DNA of 64,000 nucleotides, from positions 70,691 to 134,690 of the forward strand of contig NMRA01000324.1 of NCBI GenBank assembly GCA_002633005.1, in the 5' to 3' direction. Source of the DNA: Phoronis australis. Lineage: Eukaryota > Animalia > Phoronida. The position numbers and the translations under genes are program-made. The notes below the pieces were generated by a model. That model was not told the origin of the DNA. It saw nothing but the letters and a program-made list of their open reading frames with translations, and did no database searches. Numbering within the stretch: the first letter of the stretch is position 1; each line of letters starts with the position of its first letter. This document shows positions 48,222-60,000 of this stretch, in pieces.

Positions 48222-48887
48222 CTATAGCACGGTGGTTGGGTGCCTATACGCATCCTCTGGCTTCATCAACACATAACTCAACGGGTGACGGGGAATGTCC
48301 TGTGGGCTTAGGCCATATGCCGGAGGGTAAGGCATGATGTATTGTCCATGTAGAGTGCTTTGCTGGTGGGCCGCGGGTGGGAGGGTGCCGTAGGCGGCTT
48401 GCTGGGCGGCGTAACTGTAGGCCGAGTAGAGCGGATTGGCGGCTATGTCAGCGGCTTTGTACAAGCTAGCGGGTGGGTCGGAGCCTAGTTTAGGCTCAAG
48501 AGCGCTGTACATGGACGTAGGCGGTAAGAAGGCTCGCATCTTCTCCGAGGTCTGGGCCATCGTGTTCATGATACTCTCGGCTTGACTAGTGGCAACGTAC
48601 GAGTGAGGAATAGACATTGGTGCCATGCCAGGCATACCGATCATTGGGATGGGGAAGGCGTATTTGTCCTTTTTGAGCATCGACTTGGGTTTACGTCGAG
48701 GCCTGTATTTGTAATCTGGATGTTCTTTCATATGTAAGGCCCTCAGCCGCTTGGCCTCGTCGATGAAAGGACGCTTCTCTTCCTCTGTCAACAGTTTCCA
48801 GTCGGCTCCAAGCCGCTTGGAAATCTCAGAGTTATGCATTTTAGGATTGTCTTGCGCCATCTTCCTTCTCTGCCCCCGACTCCAGAC
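48222..48887 (-). CDS. SoxB2: SoxB2 (Sox14/Sox21-like) exon 2
   Basis: [27 protein letters not shown]...[13 protein letters not shown] plus group-B motif KKDKYAFP; tag acceptor at 48888-48890. Confidence 0.95.
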   Translation of the reverse strand, partial: VWSRGQRRKMAQDNPKMHNSEISKRLGADWKLLTEEEKRPFIDEAKRLRALHMKEHPDYKYRPRRKPKSMLKKDKYAFPIPMIGMPGMAPMSIPHSYVATSQAESIMNTMAQTSEKMRAFLPPTSMYSALEPKLGSDPPASLYKAADIAANPLYSAYSYAAQQAAYGTLPPAAHQQSTLHGQYIMPYPPAYGLSPQDIPRHPLSYVLMKPEDAYRHPTTVL

Positions 48888-49323
48888 CTATAATTTAATT
48901 AAGTCATGGATGTACGATAACTTCTCACTGTCCAATATTTTAACTAACAAAGCTAATGCATACTTGACATGCAGAAAAGAATTAAAACGTATCGTTTGAA
49001 GGGTCATTTCAATAATAGAACTTATGATCTCCATAATCTCGTGAATTTCACACTTGTCAAACGTTGTTACAAGGCTATTCAATCCATTCATTATAGAAAA
49101 CAAGCTTACTTATAATCTGGAGACCCCGTGTCGCTTTCATATCAACCCATAACATGATCTTTGAAACACGTGTCGATCGAGGTGTCGACGCGATTGGTAC
49201 ACATTCGGAAATATATGTAAATACGAATAGTTATTTGATGGCAAGTAATAACAACTCTTTCGACAACTTACATCAAGTAAATACGAACACAACAGCACAA
49301 AATAACAAGTAACAAAAACTCAC

Positions 49324-49374
49324 CATAAATGCATTCATGGGTCGTTTAACGTGCTCCGGCTCCTTGACTGACAT
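49324..49374 (-). CDS. SoxB2: SoxB2 exon 1 (MSVKEPEHVKRPMNAFM)
   Basis: HVKRPMNAFM start of HMG box followed by gtgagt donor; very short N-terminus typical of SoxB2; spliced protein 238 aa. Confidence 0.95.
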
Positions 49375-49569
49375 AATGGCGAAAGGCGTGTGTTTACAGA
49401 CGTTCAAAATACACTCGAACTCAGCGATCAGTTCCCGTGAAGAAACTTCGTTAACAAACTTTTCTGGGCAGAGTTTAACTAGACAATCCACTCATTCAAG
49501 CTGTTGGCAGCTATCGTTCAGAGTCAGTTTTAACTATATCTCCCGTCACAAATTCCGTGACATCCAAAC

Positions 49570-49780
49570 ACAACCACCTTTCAAAGGAGCCCTTTGCCTT
49601 ATGACCAGCGGCACAATCAAGGTATTATTTTTCATTGGACTCCAATTGTTACCTCTGAGGCATGAACAAATTATTCAAGATGTCAACCAATCAGGTGTGT
49701 CGTTTAAACTGGCTTGTGTATTCTTCTTTGATTGGCCAATTTCACCAGGTAAGTTGAATTGATTGACTCGCCAAATAGTA
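49570..49780 (-). promoter_or_regulatory. Putative SoxB2 proximal promoter
   Basis: Several CCAAT/ATTGG boxes (about 49634, 49688, 49731-49740) and Sox/TCF-like motifs 200-400 bp upstream of the ATG; TSS unknown. Confidence 0.4.
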
Positions 49781-50435
49781 AGTGGCGTTGCGTTTAGTGT
49801 GAACTTTAGTTCTTATTTATTGTTCGTCAGCATAAAAAGTGGAGAGAATTACACGGATTTAGGGCATGCTGGGAACATTTCTAACCACGTGCCCCCGTAG
49901 ACAGTGCGCAGGACAGTACCAGTTTATTCATTGAACGCAGGTGTTTGCTATATTCGAGGGCGGTTTGGTTATATACCGATATCCTACTATCACGCGGCGT
50001 ATGTCCCGGAGTTGAGGATAACTGAATAGAATGGCTACACGACTGATTGTTAAATAATTATATTTGTAAATACTGTTCCATGGTTTCGTGAACACACTGT
50101 CAATGATTGTGTTATTATAGCGTCACTTAGTTCAGAGTAGGCATTTTTACTCTATGCAGGTAGAAATCTTTTGTTTGTTATTCGTTTCATGCAGCGCACC
50201 AGTTTTAAGAAACATTTAAAATTAAATACTTTATTTCATTGCATCAGTTTTGTGCTGCATTACAGCATCGATCATAATAAATTGCAAATTTCTCTATCAA
50301 CACATTTGAAGCGTGAATAAACCTGTTTGATTTAGACCACTTACCGCTATAAAATTAGTCCAAATTGTTCCTTAGACGAGAAATGATGTCGGTCTTGCTA
50401 AGAACTGACAGTTTATTCTCCCTGAAGACTATGAT

Positions 50436-50701
50436 CATAGGCAGCGGATTTAGGGGGGCCCTGGCTGCCACAGGCAAAATGAAACAGCAAGAGCAACAGC
50501 GCGAAGCGTGAGGAAATATAACTAGGACCTGTAGTGAAGAGGGTGGGGGGCTCAGACCGCATAGTCGATAGATTTTCCGAACAGAAGGTTCATACTCCCG
50601 GCCCCCGCAACTTTTGGGACGCCTGTACACATATAACCGCGCTTTTCCCAACTCCCCGAGGCAACATGTTGCCCCCTTATGGTATCCTAGATCCGCCTCT
50701 G
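50436..50701. mobile_element. GC-rich MITE with 5-bp TSD ATGAT
   Basis: CATAGGCAGCGGATTTAGG / CCTAGATCCGCCTCTG termini; atgat at 50431-50435 and 50702-50706. Confidence 0.65.
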
Positions 50702-52894
50702 ATGATACTCGGAGAATAAAGTGACACGCCGTGACAAGAAAACTTGTAAAGACCGTGCTCTCAACCAATACTGTAGGCTCTTTCTTAGCTTAGAAATCCC
50801 AATTATTTTGACTATAGAAAAATGGCTGACTAATTTTTAACGGTAAGTGGTTTAATTAAAAATGTTTTTGTAGTTGAAGACATGTTCATAGCCGCTGCTT
50901 CAATAAAAACCGTTTGTGCACCGTTGGTGCCTATCATTCCGAAAAAACGCCGGAAAGTAAAAACTGGCGTTGAGTTATCACTGAAAGGTGTTATGTGAAG
51001 CGCAAGGTAACGTACGCACATTTTTGTACATGATGTCCTTGCCAAAGACAATGCCGACAAAAAGCTATGCAACCACCGTTTCGTTGCTAGTCACGTGATT
51101 TCCAGAAGAAAAATACTTACAAGGTGGGATTGATCGTATGCATGCGAAGCTAACATGTCTATTTTAGCTTTACCCGAATACATGTACTTCATTTCCAATT
51201 AATAAACAATGAGATATTATTAACAGCACCTTTGTTACGTCAATTGTACTGAAACAAAACTAAATGATAAATGAGCTCGACTTGTATGGTTAATGATAAC
51301 GTTTATTGCACTGTTCTTTTTACGGCTCGCTGCCCCCTCCCGCGTGCTTTGTTAACCCTTTCTTTGCCTGACAATAGCGACGAGTGGTGAACAAAACTTT
51401 GATTTATGGGCAAGCTTAGTGAAACGTTGGTCTTAAATTGTGTTCGGTTTATCTTTAGTTGTTCACAAAGGCATTAAAAAGACGGCACTGCCGACCGTGT
51501 CAAAAAGACATTAATTATACATTAAAAGTTTTTGAAATTCACCTGGTATAACATACACCGTTTGACAATAGAAACATAACTCCAAAGTCAATTATGTTGC
51601 AACTATTTCACGGTATATTATCGCGACAACCCAATAAAAAGTCTTAGCACCGAAGTTGCTAGATTTTCTACCAAATCTTGACAATGGAGTCGAATGGTTG
51701 AAGTAGTTTCCACATTCAGAATTTGGACGCCATTCAAACATTCTGGGAGTCGAATTGTGTAGTTAATGTACCTATAAATCCTGCACGAACAAGGAAAGTT
51801 CCGTTTGCATTTCTTTTAAATACACAAATAAAGTCATTGAATTAATATTTCGTATTGATTCATTCAACGATTTGTTTACATTCACGTTCTTATCAACAGT
51901 CAAAACTTTGAAGAAAAACAACGAGGGCAATATTTAATGCGGTTAAAAACCCCTATCGAACGTGAGCAAGCGCAACAATATTGTAACTCATTTAGCAATT
52001 CAATCGGCATAACAAATTTTAACGTAGTGAAGTGTTAGTTTTTAGCGGGCAAACAGTTTGTTGCGTCGCTGAATCGTCTTTTGAAATCAAAGGATAGAAT
52101 CGTTCCCGAAACTGAGATTAACGAGATCAACAAGAAACAGAAGACTCATTAGATTAAAATCTTGACATCAATTAGTATTTGACAATGTTGGTTTTGGGCC
52201 AAATGAGCAGTAGAATAACTGTTATTGTTGCTCTAAATGCTAGGGCTTCGCTGAATGGCAACCTGGGATTGGTTGAGCTCACCTTTTGGCGTAGCTTTGA
52301 CATTTTTTACAAGTGAGTTTTGGTTTAGCTGATTTTGTTATTTGTAACCTTGTTGTTAAGTTTTGGTGAACTCCTTGAGAATGACGAGTTGAACTTCGTC
52401 GAAACGTTGGACTCGTGTATATATGTAAATATAGAATGTTAACAATTGTGCTGGGTTTTCCATCTACTAGTTTTGAGAAAATGTTAGCATTTTTGAGATT
52501 ATCGCATCAATTTAATATCATTTCTGATTGAAAATGTAGTTTGAACATGGAAGGCTATTAGAGTTTGATTTTCACTTAAGTAACAACACCTAGGCCTAAA
52601 GCAAATGTAAACGCGTGTCAGTCAAAGATACTATCACGTGACATAACTTTTGCTATAAACCACTTACCGTTGTAGAATTGGCCGAGCTTGTACCATAGTC
52701 ATATTAGGGACTACTTCTTAGCTTGGAAAAATTGATATTTCGTTATGGTCAGCTTTAAGGCCAGTCTCGAGCAGTAGCGGACTGTCAAATCTTTTCAAGG
52801 TTAGGAATCACATGCATTTTTCTTAGGAGCAAATTGAGAACAATTTCAGAAGTTTAAGTGGCATTATCGGCGGGAAACGTGGTTTTCTGAGATC

Positions 52895-52962
52895 AGCCTC
52901 GGCGCGGAATCGAACCTGCACCCTCGCAGTCGCCGTCCAACACTCCGCTGACGGAGCTAAAT
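52895..52962 (-). mobile_element. tRNA-derived SINE head or tRNA pseudogene
   Basis: Reverse strand has an A-box-like TAGCTCCGTCAGCGG and B box GGTTCGATTCC without a proper cloverleaf. Confidence 0.5.
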
Positions 52963-54173
52963 CTCACTCTATCAATGGCAATGGAATCGTATCGATCATG
53001 CAGCTTATTATCTTATAAACCACAGATTTAGTAAAGCTGCATTTTGCCCTATTGAGCTGGCTGAGAATCAAGGTCGGCATTTCTTTCTCACTAAAACCGG
53101 TCTCCTAATATTTCTTACGTCATGGGATTCTATTTCCGTTACCAAATCAAGTCTCATGCTATGTGTATTAATGTATAATTTTTGAATTTGCAGTTTTAGG
53201 GTTAAAAAATCGGCAGCTGTCCTGGTGCCTTCTGAGGTGTGCCACACAGTTGGACCCATTGCACTAATAACCTGACTAAAGGGCATACCTCAGCATAAGG
53301 CTTCTCGTGAGTAATGTATTCTAATTTCTCCTTTTATTCAGGAAATTAGAAAGGCTATTGTACCTCCGCGATCTGACGATGTCCATTTAGCAAAAGATTG
53401 CAGAGACCCTGATAAGCAGAGCAAATTTCCAATAAATGTCGAGGAGCGGTTTAAGCTTCCAAGCCACACATAGGGGAGTTGGAGCGGATCACAGGACCTG
53501 TGATTTTTCGGAGCTGAGCTAAGTTTCAGTGGCCAGTAATTAATTGGATCACTTGTCGAATAGCCAGACATCTAAGCGTAAGAGTCTTTTGGAACGTCTT
53601 GGCTCAATAGGACTTAAAAAGATTAACTTTGTTTGTCTGCGGGTGGGGCCCGTCCTCTAAGCGTCACCTGACAATTTAAAAACCCACTATTTAACATTTT
53701 CTTTGTAATAATTACACGTGATTGGTGTGCAGGGTTCTGCTACAAAACAGTGTTCACTTGCTCCTTGCTTTGTAATAATTACACGTGACTGGTATGCAGG
53801 GTTCTGCTACAAAACAGTGTTCACTTGCTCCTTGCTTTGTAAGCTAATCACCAGCTTCATTGCCAACACTTTCTAAGGTTGGCCAACACTAATAAACTTT
53901 GAAGCGTTTTTTTTTGAGTCGCCGATGTAAGTGGTCTAGTCACCAGCATTGATTTCAGCGAGCAACAGCGAAAATTGTCGTAAAATCCCCAAAACACGAA
54001 GGATTTTACTGCTTTATAGCTCTGGTCAAAGCTAGTAACTTCAAAACATCTACCCCATCCAACAACCATCCCAACAACATGCACCCCCATCCAATAACCA
54101 TCCCAGAAACGCGTTTTGGGCTGTAAAGCGCTAATGTCCCTTTGAGTAAATTCAATCTGAACTTACTATTGCA

Positions 54174-54318
54174 ATGGAAGGTGGATTGATAACCGCTATA
54201 AATGGAAGGTGGATTGATAACCGCTATAAATGGAAGGTGGATTGATAACCGCTATAAATGGAAGGTAGATTGATAACCGCTATACACGGAAGGTGGATTG
54301 ATAACCGCTGTACATGGA
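54174..54318. repeat. 28-bp minisatellite, ~5 copies
   Basis: Unit atggaaggtggattgataaccgctataa. Confidence 0.95.
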
Positions 54319-55040
54319 ATTCTTTTGGATTTCTTGACCATTACTTTTAAAAAAGCAACGAGAATTATGCAAATCACGTGACCAATTTTAGGTCTAAAGA
54401 ACTAGAGATTCTGCTAATCGTGCCAGTATGCTTACAACAGTTCGAAGCAAAATGTTAGTTAACTGTGTTACATAGTGTCGAGTAACTAATAGTTACCAGC
54501 TTTCATGGATGAGAGCCTTGGACTGAAGCTGACAATTCCCGAAGCTTTACAACAACAGCTTGATCTCAACACCTTTGCCAATTAAAATCTTTTCACGGGA
54601 TTCACTTAATCAATGCGTGAATTACGAGTCATACTGAGAACATATTAAACTAATGGGTTGTCTGTAGGTCTGATTAGATGGTTATTGAGGATTAAGAAAT
54701 TATCTATTGGTGTTTTGTTCAGTTTGGAAATTGAATATACCGTAACTATTAAGAGGTTTTGTCTTTTAATTTCTCGTCATTTCATCAATTGAATAGACGA
54801 TATCTTGGCTATTGATTATAACACAAATTATGCACCTATTTGAAATTTCGAACTTTATTCAGCTCAGCGTTTAACAGCTCTAGAGTAACGATGTTTTATT
54901 ATCACGGAACGTTTTTCTCCCCGTTTATGCCTTATTTCTCAGTTGGCTTTTCTGCTCATTGTGACAATAGTATTCTATAACATTTTTCCAAAGAGTCCTA
55001 ATTTTGTTCATATATGTATACGTGTATCATTATATACATA

Positions 55041-55041
55041 T

Positions 55042-55072
<31 letters not shown>

Positions 55073-55098
55073 CGCGCGTGTGCGTGTGCGTGTGCGTG
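55041..55098. repeat. Compound (TG)n(CG)n microsatellite
   Basis: Uninterrupted purine-pyrimidine alternation. Confidence 0.95.
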
Positions 55099-58000
55099 AC
55101 TATGCTTGTCTTTGTCTGTGTGTATGTATTTTGTTACTCATTTCTGTCATAAAATTTTTTTTTCGTTGACATCCATTCTCGCTTTTACCTCTGTGGAATG
55201 GAAACGACTGGTACGCACAGATTTAGTGGCGGAAATATGGCGAACATTTAGTGCTGTGTGGAATTGAAACCAAATGGCGTCATTAACAGGGAGCAAGTTC
55301 GGATATTTAGACAAGATTTATATTTGTTCCTACAATGAGAACAGAATGGTGTTTAGTACAGTCGGTAACAAAATGGCAGATTAATTATGATGCAAACACG
55401 GCAATCAGGTGATGAACGATCCAACAGTTTGAGTGAAATTATGAAGACGTGATCGAAATGTTTGAAGGGTTATTTTCTTCAGTTTCTAGCTAACAACGTG
55501 ACTCATTAACTTTGCAGAGAATAGTATAATGCTGCAACAACATGACAACAGTGTCAAGGTTAGCGTCATAAGCACAAAACTGAAACACATGGAAAAGAAC
55601 AGAATGCCAAGCCAACTTTCAGTTGTAGCCAGGGTAGTTCAAAAATGTTAATAATTAATTTATTCCCACTCTTGAAAGTGAAACTAAATTACTTTAATAA
55701 TGTAAATTTGTGTTTGCTCTAGTCGACAAAATATACAATATTAGGTTCTCATATGCCTGCTTTTTGGTCATGCACTGTCTCTGTAATAATTCAATAATAA
55801 AAATATTATTAGTATTTTGAAAGAATTTTGCACTTTTAAACACTCTTTAGGGATGAAAGCTTGGAAACTGTTGTTTAAGTATTTAAAATTGTAAACTAAG
55901 GGTTATTGAAGCATTACTATCTGTAAGAGTTATAAAACGTCACACTATCACAAACTGCTTTTATTTAACAGTGAGTAGGTTAAGTCTGTAGCAAACTTTG
56001 ATGTTCTAGCAAAAGTAACGACAGAGTGTCCGCATAGATAAAACAAATTCACAGTCGAATGACATCAGAGACAATAAAAATAAATATTCAGCTCGTGTAA
56101 TTTAAAACCAATCTTTACTTCAAGTCGCATACGCCCGTTTGTATTCACATAAAACAATGGAAAGAAAATATTACTTCTGATGGTTTTAGTGTATGCATTC
56201 TGTTGAAGACAAGCAATCCTATTGAAGTCTTCTTTTATAAATAAAGTCAATTCTTCTCAAAATAAAACCCAATTCCTTGATATCGATTCAAATTTCCGCT
56301 GTCTTTTTTTCTCTCTACAAATCTCATTTCTTGCGGGTTATCGAGACAGCACGATACATAACAATAGAAGGGAAGATAGTATATACTTCGATTATGACTG
56401 GTCTATGCCAAGCTAAGGAAAGAAAAAGTAATAGACAAAAAACTGTAAAAACCTTTTGTTGAATCTCGAAATCCATTACAGGTACAAAACTGGTGACAAG
56501 TTATAGAGTCAATATATTATTTCCTATCAATTGATTCCATTTGTCAAGAAAGGATTTCAATTATTTTCGTGTTGCGAGCTGGTTAAGTTCTTTCAAAAAG
56601 AAAAAACAAAATAAGCACAGAGGGGGTGGCACGTGATCGGAGCCATGTTTTAAAAACACGTTTCCAATATCCTGAGAAGTAGTTAGTGGGGGCGTGCCGA
56701 CAGCTTGAGTGGAATATTTTTGCCTTCTGAGGTATATTTTGTCGAGTGAGACTCTGAAGCTTCTCGGGGAAAGGTACATACAAGAAAGCAATGTAGTCTT
56801 GGTATTTACTCGCACACCTGTGCTGTCTAGGTATTGCCTTGACCCACGACTCCGGCATTATTTGTTAGAGAAATCTCAGTCCCAACAAAATAAAATAAGA
56901 TATAAATTTGTTAGCAAACAGAATTACATTCACTTCAATGCTTCAGAATTATTTTTCTCAAGTTAGATTTAAAACCAATAATCATTTTCAAACTTTATAC
57001 CACTGCCAATAATAACGCCACCTAGTGGTTTGATGTAATTATATTGTATGAATTATACATGTTCTAACAAGCTGTACCGTGTATATTAAACACAAATTGA
57101 ACAACTCGTATAATCAAGAGCCATGTTCGTGTTTCCTGATTGTTTACAGTTTGTATACTAGGGTACAAAAATAAGCTTATTGTTTTTCAGCGAGAGATAT
57201 ATATATCAGTGCAATTAACTGTCATTTTGATCTAGAAACGCTTAATAATTTGAAATAAGAAAACATTGAACAGTTAATGAGCTTCCTTTTTGCAGAGAGG
57301 TTGGGAGCCAAAAGCTGCAGTAAACCGTCTAGAGCTGTGAGTTATTCATTGAAACATCATTTCAGAAGCGTGTGTAAGAGCCTTCCCATACACTCCCGGC
57401 ATCTCCTACGCATGCAGCAGACAACTTTGTTAGTCATTGCTTGTGCTTGGTCCGAACTTACAAAGACCTACTGAGGTGTTGTGGCTTCATACGGTTGGTC
57501 GTGTTGACAACTTGGCCGCGATGAGGTCTTGCAATGCCATCCATGCACGTGAAGCCAGCGCCTACTGCACGTGCATAGCAGCTTAAAGTGAATAATTTGG
57601 TAATATCTCAAGGAATGAAGAGGCTACATTCTTAGCTAACATGTTTTATTTTGATGTTTAATTCAATTTTAAGTTCAATTGTGTTTATTTTTTGTTATCT
57701 ATTATCTTTCCAAGTGTTGTTACTTTCGTGGTCAATCAACATTTTCTCACTTACGTCGCGTCAATTAAATGTGGAGGTGTAACAATGCTGCTCGACTCGT
57801 ATAACGGTTCAAAGTGCCATTGATACATGAGCCGTTCAGCCTTTTCGACAGAACATATGGCTTAATGTTGACTGATTGGAAATAAGCCAGAATTCTTTGA
57901 AAAACCTCGTTTCTAAGTCCATCCATTCATCATTTACTGTGTTTTGTAACTGACCCGGCAGCAATTGGTATTCCACATGCATATAAACATGACAGTTCGG

Positions 58001-58629
58001 TATTCCTTACATGTGGCCAATTGACAAAGTTGCCTAATACTTTGCTTTAGAAAATACATTTAATCAAAACCTTGTAAAGAACGATTTGCTTTTAAAATGT
58101 ACATGTACTGTCATTTTCTGTCATTCTTATCAAATTTCCAAGATGAATTGGCCGAGCGCTAGAATCGTACTTCCATAGTGAAGACGGTTATCAAGAACAG
58201 CGAATCCGTCATTGAAAAACAAAAATGACTGCTCTACACTCGCCACAATTGGCTGAATGAAAAATTGCCTAATACCATACTTTGGAAGAAACATAACATT
58301 TTCCAAAAATCGTGATCACAGGACAACTTCAAAGACACCTAGGGTAAATTTAATACCTAGACAAGTTTGTACTGATTCCTACTTGCCTCTGTGTGTTGTC
58401 CTTGTTTGTGTGCTGTGGGCGACTTTATTGTGATATTGCATTTAACCTGCTTTACACAAAAACTTAACGAAACGACTAACTATTTAGAGGAAATTTACAA
58501 ATTTTATTTCATTTGAAAATACGCAACGAGCAGGATCTTTCCATGCTTAAACCGGTGATTTTCTTTACTGGTATCACTGAATTTCCAAATAAAAATACAC
58601 TCACGTGTTAGCCCAGAGCACATATAATC

Positions 58630-58701
58630 TGCCGTGACCCGGATTCGAACCGGGGTCGTCTCGGCCACAACGAGGCATACTAACCACTATACTATCACGG
58701 C
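58630..58701 (-). tRNA. tRNA-His (GTG)
   Basis: Reverse complement GCCGTGATAGTATAGTGGTTAGTATGCCTCGTTGTGGCCGAGACGACCCCGGTTCGAATCCGGGTCACGGCA folds as a cloverleaf with intact A/B boxes; one C-A mismatch at the top of the anticodon stem. Confidence 0.9.
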
Positions 58702-59938
58702 TAGATACACGAGTTGTTCACTGCTGCTATTTTACGTGTATTTAGTTCTTTGGTTTATGCTTCAGTCTTCCGGCTCACATTGGATAATATTTCCAGATTT
58801 TTAGCCAGCTCTATGATGCAAAATAATTTTGAATCCAAGGCTGCAAACTTTAACAGAGCTATCATGATTACCGGTGTGTAAAACCCGCATTGGTCTGCAC
58901 AGCAAATCCGGCAGAAAGTAACTGTCTACTTTTCACCTGTGACAATGATTTTCGCTCCACTTCGACGGAAAATGTTTCACCACCCACAGAGCTCATTGCC
59001 ATAATCCTAGCTTCAAGTCTCCATTGTTGAACCCCAAGGAGTCGTTTCACACTTCATGAAGAAGTGTTCCGCTCATCGCAGACCGCGCTGACCCAGCAGA
59101 AAACGATGGGGAATTTTTTACACCATTTTTTTATTAAATGTGAGCACAAATAGACTCTGCCATCATTACCTGTTTCTCTGAGATGTTGGAACAACAGTTG
59201 TAGTTAAATCGCTGAGGCCTTTCGCGGCGACATGTGAAACCCAGATTTTTGTGAGTAAAATCATCATATCAGTTCCATGGAAACCTTGTTCCTCTCGTTC
59301 GTATATCATTGTTGATGGTATTAGCACCAGCAAGCCTACCCTTGAATCGGAAACTTCAGAGCGTACCATCACTAGAACATCTTCAGCATCCCACGTAACA
59401 AAGTAGTTTTAAGATTAGACCGAGAGCAAGGGGCTTCCAGCTGTTAAATCACAGGCGAATCTGATTTTATATCATGTTCTTTCATTTCTTGTAATGTTTC
59501 CAAAATTAATTGCTTTCTTAACTGCAACAAAAATGGCGGCTCTGTAAATAAGTGACAAAAAGGGAAATTGTCTGATGCTTTGGAAAAATGCATATTTTTA
59601 AAAATCGTGACCAGAAGCCGCTTCAGTGACGTTTATGGGATCTTTTATCAATAAACCAGAAGACTTACGCTGATCCCAGATGTGACTGTGTATGACGTCT
59701 TTGTATGTGCATTGTAAGGGATTTTATTTTATCTTATTTTCACTTACACTTGACGAGACGAAAAACTATTTAGCTGAAATTTACTAATTCATTTTAAATT
59801 GAAAGCACGCAGAAACTGGTACTACACATTTCGTAGACTGGATATTTTCATGCTTAAATCTTTTTACAGCATTCACTGACATCACTGAAGTTCCAAATAA
59901 AAATACACTCACGTGTTAGCCCAGAGCACATTATACTC

Positions 59939-60000
59939 TGCCGTGACCCGGATTTGAACCGGAGGCGTCTCGGCCACGAGGCATACTAACCATTATAGTA
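59939..60000 (-). pseudogene. tRNA-His pseudogene
   Basis: Copy of 58630-58701 with a 3-nt anticodon-loop deletion, mutated B box and lost 5' acceptor strand. Confidence 0.85.

Noticed and set aside
53068-53640. Possible tyrosine-recombinase relic (HDVR, CPLV words)
   Set aside because: Motifs lie in different frames with poor context; not supportable.
56583-56858. WVKAIPR THAP-like word
   Set aside because: Lacks the N-terminal Cys pair and the CxxHF motif.
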